This document shows positions 29,478 to 40,345 of a stretch of DNA of 64,000 nucleotides, piece after piece. The stretch lies in contig CAJXVT010000007.1 in the NCBI GenBank assembly GCA_913062575.1, positions 967-64,966 of the forward strand, given 5' to 3'. The position numbers were made by a program, and so were the translations under genes. This stretch comes from an uncultured Flavobacteriaceae bacterium (GTDB taxonomy: Bacteria > Bacteroidota > Bacteroidia > Flavobacteriales > Flavobacteriaceae). The notes under the pieces are model-generated. The model did not search any database and had not been told where the DNA came from. It saw only the letters and a program-made list of their open reading frames with translations. Each line of letters begins with the position of its first letter. Position 1 is the stretch's first letter.

Positions 29478-30695
29478 TTATCTCTTTAAAATCCAACTTG
29501 ATGGATTTTGTCTTTGTGTTTCTTTATGTAACACAAAAATTAACGTGGTTTTACCAGTAACTTTATTGGTAAATATTTTTCCTAGAACTTGCCCAGTACT
29601 AATTGTATCACCTTTTTTTACAGATAAAGTTTCTAAATTATTATACGTAGTAATATAATTTCCATGTTGAATTAAAACTGCCTTTTTTCCACCAGTTAAT
29701 AACTGAACAGCTAACACTTTTCCTTGAAAAACACTTTGCGCAACTGTTCCTTTATCTGTAGCAATATGCAGACCAGAACTCGTAATTGTAATTCCTCTTA
29801 AAGTGGGGTGCGATTGTGTTCCAAAACGCCTTACAACCAAACCATTTTTAACTGGCCAAGGCAACTTTCCTTTATTCTGCTCAAATCTTAAAGCCAATGC
29901 CTTGGCTTCTGGAGTTAATGCAAATCCCGTTGCTTTTGTGTTTCCTTTTTTAGCATTTGATCTAGCAATGGCGTCCTTAATAATCTTGTCTATCTTAGCG
30001 GCAATTTTTCGTTCTTCACGTTGTTTTGCTTTAATATCACGCGTGTATTTTCGTTCTTGTCGCTTAATTTGAGATATTAATTTTTGTTGACTTTTCTTAT
30101 CTGTTTCAATCTCTTTCTTTTCAATCTCTTCTACTTTTATCAACGTGTCTTTCACCTCTTTTTTATATAAAAGAGAATCGTTTAATTTTCTAATTAAGTC
30201 TGTTTGAACAACAATTTCTTCGCCTTGTTTTTTACGAAAAGCAGTATATTGTTTCATATACTGTACTCGTTTATATGCTTGTTGAAAGTTATCAGAAGAC
30301 ATTAAAAACAACAGTTGACTTTGTTTAGATTTACTTTTGTATGATTTAAAAATCATCTCAGCATAATCTTTTTTTAGCGCTTGTAAGCGGTTCGTTAACT
30401 TATCAATCTCTTTTCCATTCTGATTAATTTCTATAGACAACAAAGAGGTCTCTTTGTTAATTGAAGCAATATAATCTGTTCTTGTAGCTATTTTTTGGTT
30501 AATGTCTTTTAAATCATCTAAGGCGTTTTTTCCTTTCTTTTTAGCTGCAAATAACAACTTGTTTACTTTAACAATTTCTTGCTTTAGTTTTTTTCTTGTT
30601 GTTTCTAATTCTTTTCTTGTTTGCGCTTGAAGTTCTCCAATATTGAAAAATGATATTGAAAAAAATAATAGAAAAAAAAGTTTAGAAATTTTCAT
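29478..30695 (-). CDS. Murein hydrolase activator EnvC family (degenerate M23)
   Basis: Long coiled coil, NKGKLPWPV, degenerate LytM domain (HGNYITTYNNL). Confidence 0.88.
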   Translation of the reverse strand: MKISKLFFLLFFSISFFNIGELQAQTRKELETTRKKLKQEIVKVNKLLFAAKKKGKNALDDLKDINQKIATRTDYIASINKETSLLSIEINQNGKEIDKLTNRLQALKKDYAEMIFKSYKSKSKQSQLLFLMSSDNFQQAYKRVQYMKQYTAFRKKQGEEIVVQTDLIRKLNDSLLYKKEVKDTLIKVEEIEKKEIETDKKSQQKLISQIKRQERKYTRDIKAKQREERKIAAKIDKIIKDAIARSNAKKGNTKATGFALTPEAKALALRFEQNKGKLPWPVKNGLVVRRFGTQSHPTLRGITITSSGLHIATDKGTVAQSVFQGKVLAVQLLTGGKKAVLIQHGNYITTYNNLETLSVKKGDTISTGQVLGKIFTNKVTGKTTLIFVLHKETQRQNPSSWILKR

Positions 30696-31468
30696 TAAAA
30701 AACAACTTGTTTATATCCTTTTGGGACTCTAAAAGGTGTAGAAATATTTTTATTAAAAACTACCGATCTATACTCAATATTAATGTTCGTAAACTTACCT
30801 TTCTCTTTGGCTCTAATCACTATTTTCTTTGGAAATAGTTCTCCATCAATAGTTGTGTAACTATGATAATTAACAAGTAGGATTTGATTTTTTTGGTTGC
30901 TTTTTAATTCTTGTTTGTCTAATTTAAAATGTGTTGGATTTATCCAAAACAAAATATCAAACAAGGCTCGTTGTTTAACGGGCATTAATAAATGAGCTTC
31001 ATTGTCAACAACAGCTTTATATTTTTGAGCATTTAAATCAAAAATTGTCTGACCTAAAAGCATGTTTTGCAATTGAGAAAAGTTGACTTCTGTTCCCAGC
31101 ATATTTTTAAGTAATTCGAAATTTCCCTTAAAATACGTTTTATTCATTTTTTCATAATAGCTTACCGATGTTGGTGTAATTTTTACCCGAGCAACTATTA
31201 CTCCTACATAAGTAGCGTTTAACCAAATTACCTTGTCTTTTTCTACACGTAATTTAACACTCAATTTCTGCTTGTTGTTGTTATCTTGATAAGACACTTT
31301 AAGTCTAGCCTCAAACGTTTTTTTACCAAACGAGCTTTCTAAATGTTTCTTAGATATTTTTCTAGCAGAAAGAGATTCCGTTTTTATAGAACTTCCTATT
31401 GCAACCCTATTAGATTTACAAGATGTAAAAACGATCATTGTTATTAAAGCCAATCTAAAAAACCTCAT
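30695..31468 (-). CDS. DUF4292-like lipoprotein
   Basis: Lipobox FTSC; LQNMLLG, PFRVPKGY; conserved position upstream of envC in Bacteroidetes. Confidence 0.8.
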   Translation of the reverse strand: MRFFRLALITMIVFTSCKSNRVAIGSSIKTESLSARKISKKHLESSFGKKTFEARLKVSYQDNNNKQKLSVKLRVEKDKVIWLNATYVGVIVARVKITPTSVSYYEKMNKTYFKGNFELLKNMLGTEVNFSQLQNMLLGQTIFDLNAQKYKAVVDNEAHLLMPVKQRALFDILFWINPTHFKLDKQELKSNQKNQILLVNYHSYTTIDGELFPKKIVIRAKEKGKFTNINIEYRSVVFNKNISTPFRVPKGYKQVVF

Positions 31469-31469
31469 T

Positions 31470-32417
31470 CTATCTATCTTTTTTACGTAATGCTAACGCT
31501 TTATTTTTGTGTTTTATTGCTTCCTTTTCGTTTCCTAAGCCCTTATAACTTTTAGCAATCTCGTCATAAAAATCAGCTTCTAATTTGTTATTATCAATAA
31601 CAAAATCAAGGCCAAATGTTAATTTTTCTATGGCTTTTTTAAAATTATGATTCTGATTTAATGCTCTTGCATTCATTAAATACACAAATGCTTGCGCCGG
31701 AAAAAGGTCTAATCCTATTTGGCTATAAGACAACAAAACATTGGTGTTTGAATTTGCTGACAAAGTTAGTATTTTATAAAGCGATTCGAAACTTTTATTT
31801 GTTTCAAAATCCTTTATTAATTCTTGTAAACCTTTTACTTTATTAATTTTTTTTACTGATTTAGATTTTACAAACTCTTTTCTGAAATGAATTAAACCTG
31901 CTGTTAATTGATGTTCTTTTTCTAACACTAATAGTAGCTCTTTAGATTTCTCTAAATCATTATTTTGAAAATACAAATACACCAACTTCTCTCTCTCTTT
32001 TGGGTTTTGTTTTACTATTTTTTCATGAGTTAGAATTGCTTTTTTAATATTCCTTGAAGCAACATATACTTTAGATAAATGTACTAAAATCCAATAATTA
32101 TCTGGTGCTAAAGCCAATGCTTGTTTTGCATATTCTTCAGCTTCTAAAAACCTTTTCATCATCAAATAGTTTTTAGACAATTCAAACAGAACAGAAATAT
32201 CTTTAGGTTTTAACTCATTACATTTTTCTAAATTAGAAACTGCTACTCTATAATTATAAATAGATTTTTGAGCTAATGCCTTGAAAAAATGATCTTGAAA
32301 TTTTAAAAAATTAGCTTCATTTAAATCTGGAGAAATTGGAATGCTATCTTGAGAAAAGCTAACATAAGGATTGCATAAAAGTCCTGCTAAAATAAGGTAT
32401 ACAATTCTTTGTTTCAT
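31470..32417 (-). CDS. TPR-repeat protein
   Basis: Signal peptide; FQDHFFKAL, PDNYW TPR pattern. Confidence 0.8.
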   Translation of the reverse strand: MKQRIVYLILAGLLCNPYVSFSQDSIPISPDLNEANFLKFQDHFFKALAQKSIYNYRVAVSNLEKCNELKPKDISVLFELSKNYLMMKRFLEAEEYAKQALALAPDNYWILVHLSKVYVASRNIKKAILTHEKIVKQNPKEREKLVYLYFQNNDLEKSKELLLVLEKEHQLTAGLIHFRKEFVKSKSVKKINKVKGLQELIKDFETNKSFESLYKILTLSANSNTNVLLSYSQIGLDLFPAQAFVYLMNARALNQNHNFKKAIEKLTFGLDFVIDNNKLEADFYDEIAKSYKGLGNEKEAIKHKNKALALRKKDR

Positions 32418-32537
32418 GGGGCTAAAGGCTAATAATTACTGCAAGATAGTACTAATAACCCAATTTTTAAAAGAGAAAAACACCAAACTATACTTCTGTT
32501 CAGTTTGTTTTTAAGTTCTTTGTTTAAAATTTAAGAA

Positions 32538-34397
32538 GTGAATTACTTATCTGTAGAAAATATCTCAAAAGCCTATGGTGAAAAAGTCCTTTTTGAGGAT
32601 ATTTCATTCGGAATTAATAAAGAACAAAAAGTAGCATTTGTTGCAAAAAATGGTAGTGGTAAAACATCTATTTTAAACATCATTGCTGGTTTAGACGTCC
32701 CAGATTCTGGGCAAGTTGTTAGCAGAAAAGGAATTCAGATTTCTTACTTAGCACAAAATGACGATTTAGATCCAACTTTATCTATTGAAGAAACGGTCTT
32801 TTCTTCAGAAAACAAATCACTTCAAGTTATTGCAAAATACAATGAAGCGCTTAACAATCCTGAAAATGCAGATGCATATCAAGATGCTTTTGAACTAATG
32901 GAGCAACACAATGCTTGGGATTTTGAAACGCAATACAAACAGATTTTATCAAAACTTAAGTTTAACGACTTAGATCAAAAAGTTTCTGAACTTTCTGGAG
33001 GTCAAAAAAAGCGCTTGGCATTAGCTACTGTTTTAATTAATAAACCTGATTTATTAATTTTAGATGAACCTACAAATCATTTAGATTTAGAAATGATAGA
33101 ATGGTTAGAAAACTATTTTAAGAAAGAGAAAATAACACTCTTTATGGTAACACACGATCGTTATTTTTTAGAACGTGTATGTAATGAAATTGTAGAGTTA
33201 GATCACGGAAAATTATATCGTTATAAAGGGAATTACTCTTATTATTTAGAGAAAAAAGAAGAACGTATTGCCGTAGAGAAAATTACGGTTGATAAAGCAA
33301 AAAACCTTTACAATAAAGAGCTAGATTGGATGCGTCGTCAGCCAAAAGCACGTACCACAAAATCGAAATCTAGAATTGAAGATTTTTACGAAATCAAAGA
33401 AAAAGCACACAAAAGAAGACAAGATCACAAAGTTCAATTAGAAATTAATATGACTCGTTTAGGAAGTAAAATTCTTGAGCTACATAAAGTTAAAAAATCT
33501 TTTGATGACACCATAATTTTAGACGGATTTGAATATGTTTTTAAACGTGGAGAACGTATTGGTATCATTGGTAAAAACGGAACTGGAAAATCTTCTTTTT
33601 TAAATATTATTACAGAAAAAATTCCTGTTGATGGCGGTAAAGTTGTTCTTGGAGAAACTGTAAAATTTGGGTACTACACACAAAGTGGAATCGTAATTAA
33701 AGAAGGTCAAAAAGTAATTGACGTAATTAAAGAATTTGGAGAATACATTCCATTGACTAAAGGAAGAAAAATTACTGCCGGGCAATTATTAGAACGTTTT
33801 TTATTCGATAGGAAAAAGCAACATGATTTTGTAGAAAAATTAAGTGGAGGAGAACAAAAACGCTTGTATTTATGTGCCGTTTTAATTCAGAATCCTAACT
33901 TTTTAATTTTAGATGAACCTACAAACGATTTAGATGTTGTTACTTTAAATGTACTTGAAAACTTCTTGTTAGATTTCCCTGGGAATTTATTGGTGGTTTC
34001 TCACGATAGGTATTTTATGGACAAAATAATGGATTCTCTTTTTGTATTTAGAGGAGAAGGAGTTGTTGAAAACTTTCCTGGTAATTATTCTGATTTTAGA
34101 GCTTATGAAGATTCTAAACCAAAAGAAACAGTTAAGCCTGTTAAAAAAGAAGATACTCGTGTAAAAACGGCTCCGAAAGGGAAGTTAAACTTTAATGAAA
34201 ATAGAGAATTTGGCACATTAGAATCTGATATCGCAAAACTTCAAAAGAAAAAAGAGCGAATTGAAACTCAATTTTCTAATGGTGATATCGCATCAGAAGA
34301 CATCAATGACACCTCTATAGAATTACAAAAAATAATCTCAGATTTAGAACAAAAAGAAGAACGTTGGTTTGAACTTTCTATGAAACTAGAAGGTTAA
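32538..34397 (+). CDS. ABC-F family ATPase (Uup-like)
   Basis: Two ABC cassettes (KNGSGKT/LSGGQKKR/LDEPTNHLD; GKNGTGKS/LSGGEQKR), QPKARTTK linker, C-terminal EERW coil; GTG start. Confidence 0.92.
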   Translation: MNYLSVENISKAYGEKVLFEDISFGINKEQKVAFVAKNGSGKTSILNIIAGLDVPDSGQVVSRKGIQISYLAQNDDLDPTLSIEETVFSSENKSLQVIAKYNEALNNPENADAYQDAFELMEQHNAWDFETQYKQILSKLKFNDLDQKVSELSGGQKKRLALATVLINKPDLLILDEPTNHLDLEMIEWLENYFKKEKITLFMVTHDRYFLERVCNEIVELDHGKLYRYKGNYSYYLEKKEERIAVEKITVDKAKNLYNKELDWMRRQPKARTTKSKSRIEDFYEIKEKAHKRRQDHKVQLEINMTRLGSKILELHKVKKSFDDTIILDGFEYVFKRGERIGIIGKNGTGKSSFLNIITEKIPVDGGKVVLGETVKFGYYTQSGIVIKEGQKVIDVIKEFGEYIPLTKGRKITAGQLLERFLFDRKKQHDFVEKLSGGEQKRLYLCAVLIQNPNFLILDEPTNDLDVVTLNVLENFLLDFPGNLLVVSHDRYFMDKIMDSLFVFRGEGVVENFPGNYSDFRAYEDSKPKETVKPVKKEDTRVKTAPKGKLNFNENREFGTLESDIAKLQKKKERIETQFSNGDIASEDINDTSIELQKIISDLEQKEERWFELSMKLEG

Positions 34398-35110
34398 CTA
34401 AACACCATTTGAGATTCTTCTAATAGTTCTTCATTATTAAAACGCAGTACTAATTGAGCTACTGCAACAGTATCTTTCTCACAGTATTGCATTATCCGTT
34501 CTATGTTCTTTTCTTTATAATACACATTGGCCACTTCACTCCCATCAATGTCATCTTTTGGAGAAGGAATTCCTAAAATAGCGGTCAATAACTTTAAAGA
34601 TGAATAGTGTTTATAATCTCCAAATTTCCACATTTCCATGGTGTCTAAATGTGGTATTTCCCATGGTTTTTTTCCAAATAAATTCAATTTCCTTGGTAAT
34701 TCTACTTGTTTCACAATCATTCTTCTTGCGATGTAAGGAAAATCAAATTCTTTTCCATTATGCGCGCACAATACATGTTCTTTCTTGTTAAAATGAGCAC
34801 CTAACAACTCTTTAAATTCCAACAATAATTCTTTTTCATCATCTCCATAAAATGATTTTAAGCGTAGTTGTCTTTCGTTTTGATTTGAAGTAAAATACCC
34901 CACAGAAATACAAATAATTTTCCCAAATTCTGCCCAAATTCCAGCCCGTTCATAAAAATCTTCAACAGAAATTTCATCCTTTCTTTGATAGGCTGTTTTC
35001 TGTTCAAAAAGAGTTTTGTTGATGTCATTTAAACTGTTCCAACTTTCTTCTTGAGGAACGGTTTCAATATCTAAAAATAAAATGTGTTCTAAATCAATTT
35101 GTAAATTCAT
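34394..35110 (-). CDS. 3'-5' exonuclease (PolB-exo-like, DEDDy)
   Basis: FLDIET, HNGKEFDFP, HLDTM, YCEKD. Confidence 0.88.
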   Translation of the reverse strand: MNLQIDLEHILFLDIETVPQEESWNSLNDINKTLFEQKTAYQRKDEISVEDFYERAGIWAEFGKIICISVGYFTSNQNERQLRLKSFYGDDEKELLLEFKELLGAHFNKKEHVLCAHNGKEFDFPYIARRMIVKQVELPRKLNLFGKKPWEIPHLDTMEMWKFGDYKHYSSLKLLTAILGIPSPKDDIDGSEVANVYYKEKNIERIMQYCEKDTVAVAQLVLRFNNEELLEESQMVFS

Positions 35111-35144
35111 AGCAGTAAATTTTAAAGTGAAGTTACTAAAAATA

Positions 35145-35172
35145 AAAAAGCCCCAAAAATTTGGGGCTTTTT
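35145..35172. terminator. Intrinsic (bidirectional-type) terminator
   Basis: AAAAAGCCCCAA-AAAT-TTGGGGCTTTTT hairpin downstream of the T9SS gene. Confidence 0.85.
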
Positions 35173-35195
35173 AGTGAGAATTTTGTTTGTGTAAT

Positions 35196-36122
35196 CTACT
35201 TGATAACTAATTTTTTAGTTGCTATTTTATCTCCCTCTAAAACTTTCATAATATAAATTCCAGAATTGATATGAGATATATTAAATTCTTTTTTGTTTCC
35301 AGTAAATTTTTGTTCAAAAACTCGTTTTCCTAAAACGCTATAAATCATCACTTCTTTTTCTCCCGAATTAGAAGTGGTGATTGTTAATTTACCATTATTA
35401 ACAGGGTTAGGATACGTAGAAAAACCTTGGATTATTTCCTTATTTACATTTAATGTAGCACCAGAATAAACTAATACATTAGCAAAAGTCTGACCAATCA
35501 TTAAATCATCAACACGAACAATCTCGTTTTCTTCTGAATCAGACTGTCTAAGGTCAAAGCTCTCAAGTGTAGCAGCGCCAGATCCTGACCCAGAAATCGA
35601 TGTGTCAGTTGATGCTGTCGGGTTTATCCAAAGTTGAGCTGTACCTGTTACCTGGTCAAACTTTAAAATAGCTCTATATGTCTGACCGAATGTTAAATCA
35701 GTTGACCAAGTTGCTTCTGCTGTACTTGTAGCAGATGAAATTCCAACAGTATAATCTCCACTATTCCCGCCGGTTTTAATATCCATTCTAGCCTTGAATC
35801 CGAAGTGAGTAAAATATTCGAAGTCCGATCCACTTTTATATGGAGCACCCAAATCGTCAACAGAAAAATCAAACCCTGCATAAACATCTCCAGAAACTGA
35901 AGTAAATGGAAATTTGACATCTTCGCTAGGTGTACCATGTTGAATTACAGCTTTACCTGAAGATACTAAAAAGTCTCCTGCGGTACCGCTTACATTTTCC
36001 CATGTGCTATTTCCTACAAGACTTCCATCAGAATAAGAAAAGTTTTCAGCTAAAATAACTTGCCCAAAAGAGAAGCTAGTAACAAGAATAGTTATAAGTA
36101 ATAAAAAGTAATTTTTTTTCAT
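35196..36122 (-). CDS. T9SS type A sorting domain-containing secreted protein
   Basis: Signal peptide; beta-sandwich body (LWINP); TYPNPV...GIYIMKV...KKLVIK CTD. Confidence 0.85.
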   Translation of the reverse strand: MKKNYFLLLITILVTSFSFGQVILAENFSYSDGSLVGNSTWENVSGTAGDFLVSSGKAVIQHGTPSEDVKFPFTSVSGDVYAGFDFSVDDLGAPYKSGSDFEYFTHFGFKARMDIKTGGNSGDYTVGISSATSTAEATWSTDLTFGQTYRAILKFDQVTGTAQLWINPTASTDTSISGSGSGAATLESFDLRQSDSEENEIVRVDDLMIGQTFANVLVYSGATLNVNKEIIQGFSTYPNPVNNGKLTITTSNSGEKEVMIYSVLGKRVFEQKFTGNKKEFNISHINSGIYIMKVLEGDKIATKKLVIK

Positions 36123-36223
36123 GTGTTATTAATTTAAAAGTCAAAAGATTATAAATATATAAAATATTTTTTGATTTTTAACGTTACTTGAAATTTTAAC
36201 AGTTTAAAGCGCTAATTACAACT

Positions 36224-36248
36224 AAAAAAGCAGGCTTTTTTGCCTGCT
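36224..36248 (-). terminator. Intrinsic terminator after the lipoprotein gene
   Basis: AGCAGGC-N6-GCCTGCT stem followed by a U-run on the minus strand. Confidence 0.8.
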
Positions 36249-36274
36249 CTTATCAACTAACTTTACTCTCAAAC

Positions 36275-37381
36275 TTACAATCCTTTTGTCCAACCCTCGG
36301 CCCAAGTTGGCGCTAATTTTCCATTACCTGCTCCTGTAGTTGTCCCTTCTGTAAAATATGTTTCAGCACCTTCATATTGATCTTTTGTTACTACATTATC
36401 AAATTGGATGTTGGTAATAACAATGTTTCCGTTTTTCACATTTTCATTTGCAGCTGTATCAGAAGATTTGATTTTAATTCCTAAATCAAAATCACTCACA
36501 TAAATATTAGAAGCTGTCCAGTTTCCTCCACCTTCTTTAATGTATAATCCTCCTTCTGATCCTGGTCCAATAATTGAAATGTTTTTCAAAATAGCCGTGG
36601 TTCTAGGTGTAGCATTTCCGTCATCTCCATTATTAGATCCTTCAATTCCAGCTTTAGTTCCTTTGTTAATATACCAGTATTCACCTGTTCCAGACCATCC
36701 ATCAGCGAAATCAATAGAATCATCTCCAGATCCTGTAGAGACTAAATATTTACCGTTTACAGTTCCTCCAAAAAATTCAATTCCATCATCACCTCCATTA
36801 AAAGATTGTACATACTCGAAAGTTGTTCCAGAACCCACACCAAATAAAGACACTCCGTTAAATTCTTTAGAGCCATTAAAAGTTGCTCCTGTATATTCTA
36901 CTCTTAAATACCGTATAGAACCTGAGTTGTCATTTTCAACTATTCCTCCATAAGTTAAATCAGAAACTTCTGCTGTTGCTGTTTCTCCTTTATTGGTTGG
37001 TGCTTTACCACAAATAACTAAACCACCCCAATCTGCTGCTTGTGGTGTATCTTTTGATGAGGTCATTACAACTGGTTTAGTAGCTGTACCTTCAATAAAA
37101 ATTTGTGCGCCTTGAGCAACTGCAATATAAGAACTTGTTCCTCCAGAAGCTTTAATAACTGTTCCTGCAGGGATTATTAATTTTGCTCCACCGGCAACTA
37201 CCAAACCTCCTGTTAAATTGTATTCAACATTGGCATCTAACGTAATTATTCCTTCTTTAATTTCTCCTTTAAAATTAGTTGGATCTACTTGAAACTCATT
37301 TAATCCATCATCATCTGATGAAGTACAATTTGTAAAAGCAATTGCTGCAACTGCTAATAACATTACTGTTTTTTTTCTCAT
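36275..37381 (-). CDS. Surface lipoprotein with beta-helix repeats, partner of the TonB-dependent receptor
   Basis: Lipobox FTNC followed by acidic SSDDD; DWGGLVICGKA, DNSGSIRYLRVEY, DDGIEFFGG repeats. Confidence 0.8.
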   Translation of the reverse strand: MRKKTVMLLAVAAIAFTNCTSSDDDGLNEFQVDPTNFKGEIKEGIITLDANVEYNLTGGLVVAGGAKLIIPAGTVIKASGGTSSYIAVAQGAQIFIEGTATKPVVMTSSKDTPQAADWGGLVICGKAPTNKGETATAEVSDLTYGGIVENDNSGSIRYLRVEYTGATFNGSKEFNGVSLFGVGSGTTFEYVQSFNGGDDGIEFFGGTVNGKYLVSTGSGDDSIDFADGWSGTGEYWYINKGTKAGIEGSNNGDDGNATPRTTAILKNISIIGPGSEGGLYIKEGGGNWTASNIYVSDFDLGIKIKSSDTAANENVKNGNIVITNIQFDNVVTKDQYEGAETYFTEGTTTGAGNGKLAPTWAEGWTKGL

Positions 37382-37501
37382 TTTTGTGTTGTTTTATTTT
37401 CTGATACAAAGAAATAGTCTTCATTTAATGTATGTTTTACCATAAGTTTAAATGACTGTTAAGTATAACGGGTTAACTATTATGCTAATGTTAAGGGAGT
37501 T

Positions 37502-40276
37502 TTAGTCTAATTTATAGGTTAATGAGAAACTTGCATCGACACCATTCTTAAAAGACAAGATCTCAATATTTTGAACATCCTGTATTCTTTTTATAGCTGG
37601 ATTGAAGATGTTTTTTATTGATATGCCCAGTTTTATTTTCTGAGAGAGTTTAGATTTTAAAATCAAATCTAAGCTTCCTATTCCTTTATCAATAATGTCT
37701 CCTTTACCAGCAGAACCAATTGCAAACACTCTATCAGAAAAATAATTATATGCTAGTGTTGTTACTACATTTGAATTCCTAGAAAATTCTTTTATATAAG
37801 TTACATCAGTATTTAAAATTAAGTCTGAAGCTCCTGTTAACTTCCCTTTTTTATTAGTGAAGTTAACATTCAGTTTGGTATCTTTGATTACTTTATTTCT
37901 GTCAAAATCTTGGTTAGAATACATGTATGAAGCATTGAAGCCTGCAGATAATTTACTCTTTAATACAGCATCTGATTTTTCGTTTTCTAAAGAGAATATT
38001 TCTTTTCTAATTTCTATCTCAGCTCCAAATACTGTTGCTTGTTTCCCTGTATTTACATAAGAAATATCATTGGTTGCAGAAGCAACTACCACTTCATTTA
38101 TTGGGTTTTGAATGATTTTACCAAATCCGGTAACAGACAGCACTTCTCCTCTTTTAGGAAAATATTCCCATCTAATATCTGCATTGTAATTTGTAGATGC
38201 ATCTAAATCTGGGTTTCCAAATTTAATTTGAGTTACTTCTTCAAATTGAAAAGGAGCTCTTTCTTTGTATTGTGGTAATGTGTATGATTTACTCGCTGCA
38301 AATTTTAAGTTTTGTTGCTCATTCAATTTATATTTTAAAGAAGCACTCGGTAAAAACTCTAACTTGGTAAAAACATTTTTATCACCATCAGGATCTAAAG
38401 ATGTTTTCCAGTTTATTTCTTGATATAACTGTTCTAAACGCACACCAAAAACCGCAGTAAATTTCTCTGAAAATTGATAGTTAACATCTGCAAAGCCACC
38501 ATTGATATATTGATTACCAAAATATGTTTGTGGATCTAAAGCGCTTGAAGTTGTTGCGTCACCTCTAAAAGTCTCTATTTTAAATAAATTGTTTGCATTA
38601 TTCTCTTTAGTAAAATAGGCGTCCAAATTATTTGAATCTACAATTGGTTGCGCTTTTGCTCTGTTTATTCTAAAGTTAAATTGCGTTGCTTTAAAATATA
38701 CGTTCTTAAATCGACCACTATAACCAAATGTGATTTTTCCTTTATATATATCTTCTGCATCTTTTGAAAACATATAGTTACCAGAAATAGTTGCAGCAAA
38801 TTCATCTTCAATTAATTCTTGATAAAAACGATGGTTATCTGAAGCCGCCAAATCTGATACTGTTTTCACTCCGTTTGGATCATTATCGTTTTTAGGAACC
38901 AACATGTTTTGTCTTCTATCTGGAATTACATTATTTACATGATTGTAAGCTACACCCCAATCCATTTCAAATTGGCTTGTAATTTTATGCTTTCCTAAAA
39001 GTTGATTTACAAAAAGTGTGGTTCTATCAAAAGTGGCTCTTTTCACAAAACCTCCTCCATTGCCTGCATTGTCAAAAATATTGATAATACCATTATATTC
39101 ATCTAAGCTTTGATTTGAAGAATTTATAAATAACGAACTTAATTTGTACGTGTTTTTTGCATTTAGGGAATATGCTATATTCAACATCCCTGTTGTATTG
39201 GTCGTATAATTGTACGATTTAAACCTATAATCTGTATAGGCCAACCCTTGAGTGTTTACACTTCCTCTTTTAATTCCTTCTTTAAATTTATATCCATTAG
39301 AAAACGAAGTTGTTGCAAAAACATTTAAATTACCCTCTTCTCCAATGTGATATTTCTTTCCTCCTTTTATAGAAATGTTGGTTGAAATTGGCGTTTTAGA
39401 AACGTTGTTTAAACTCGTATGAAAATTATATTCACTTAATGCGTTTGTTGGATAGGCGTTGTTATAAAAACCTGAAAATCCGGGTCCATCTTGCACATAA
39501 AAATCGCTGCTTGAATTTGAATTTGTACCAGAACCAATTCCTATTTCAATAGAAGGTTTTCCAACATGTTCTTTAGAAACAATATTGATATTTGCGCCAC
39601 CAAAGTCCCCAGAAATTGATCCGTTGTAAATTTTATTGATGTCTATTTTCTGTACAATACCGGTAGAAAAAATATCTAGTTTGATGTTTTTATTAGATGG
39701 GTTATTAGATGGCAATGGCAAACCGTTTAAAGTAGTTGAATTATATCGATCTCCTAATCCTCTTACAAAAATAGTACTGGAGCCTTCTTGCTTAGAGATT
39801 CCCGTTGTTTTTGTTACTGCAGTTGCTACATCAGAAACCCCTTTAATTTCTAACTCTTGAGCACCAATACTTGTTTTTATTGATACAGCTTGTTTTTGCT
39901 CCAGTAACAATGCAGATATTTTTGCTCTATTTACAATTACTTTAATTTGAACTTCATCTAAAGTAACTCCGCTTGCTGGAGATAGTTTTTGATTTACTGT
40001 AATAGTTTCTCCAGCCTTTACAGTAATGTTTTTTTCAATGGTTTTGTACCCAAGAAAGCTAAAAGCCAATACATGGTTTCCTTCTTCTACAGCAATAGAA
40101 TAATTCCCGTCAAAATCTGTACTTCCTCCAGTTGTAGTTCCTTTTACTAACACACTTGCAAACGGTAAAGGCTCATTATTTACGTCTCCATCCGTTAACA
40201 TTCCTTTGACTGTTCCTTTACTTTGAGCAGAAATTAATTGACTAATCAACACAAATGCAATAATTATTTTTTTCAT
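37502..40276 (-). CDS. TonB-dependent receptor
   Basis: Likely start ATG 40276 (MKKIIIAF signal); carboxypeptidase-like N-domain (EPLPFA...TDFDGNY); plug FVRGLGDRYN; NPDL...NADIRWEYF; C-terminal FSLTYKL. Confidence 0.92.
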   Translation of the reverse strand: MKKIIIAFVLISQLISAQSKGTVKGMLTDGDVNNEPLPFASVLVKGTTTGGSTDFDGNYSIAVEEGNHVLAFSFLGYKTIEKNITVKAGETITVNQKLSPASGVTLDEVQIKVIVNRAKISALLLEQKQAVSIKTSIGAQELEIKGVSDVATAVTKTTGISKQEGSSTIFVRGLGDRYNSTTLNGLPLPSNNPSNKNIKLDIFSTGIVQKIDINKIYNGSISGDFGGANINIVSKEHVGKPSIEIGIGSGTNSNSSSDFYVQDGPGFSGFYNNAYPTNALSEYNFHTSLNNVSKTPISTNISIKGGKKYHIGEEGNLNVFATTSFSNGYKFKEGIKRGSVNTQGLAYTDYRFKSYNYTTNTTGMLNIAYSLNAKNTYKLSSLFINSSNQSLDEYNGIINIFDNAGNGGGFVKRATFDRTTLFVNQLLGKHKITSQFEMDWGVAYNHVNNVIPDRRQNMLVPKNDNDPNGVKTVSDLAASDNHRFYQELIEDEFAATISGNYMFSKDAEDIYKGKITFGYSGRFKNVYFKATQFNFRINRAKAQPIVDSNNLDAYFTKENNANNLFKIETFRGDATTSSALDPQTYFGNQYINGGFADVNYQFSEKFTAVFGVRLEQLYQEINWKTSLDPDGDKNVFTKLEFLPSASLKYKLNEQQNLKFAASKSYTLPQYKERAPFQFEEVTQIKFGNPDLDASTNYNADIRWEYFPKRGEVLSVTGFGKIIQNPINEVVVASATNDISYVNTGKQATVFGAEIEIRKEIFSLENEKSDAVLKSKLSAGFNASYMYSNQDFDRNKVIKDTKLNVNFTNKKGKLTGASDLILNTDVTYIKEFSRNSNVVTTLAYNYFSDRVFAIGSAGKGDIIDKGIGSLDLILKSKLSQKIKLGISIKNIFNPAIKRIQDVQNIEILSFKNGVDASFSLTYKLD

Positions 40277-40345
40277 TACTTTACTTCTAATACTGTTTAA
40301 ATTATTTTTTATACTGCAAATATCTTGTAGCATCATAAAGTAAAT

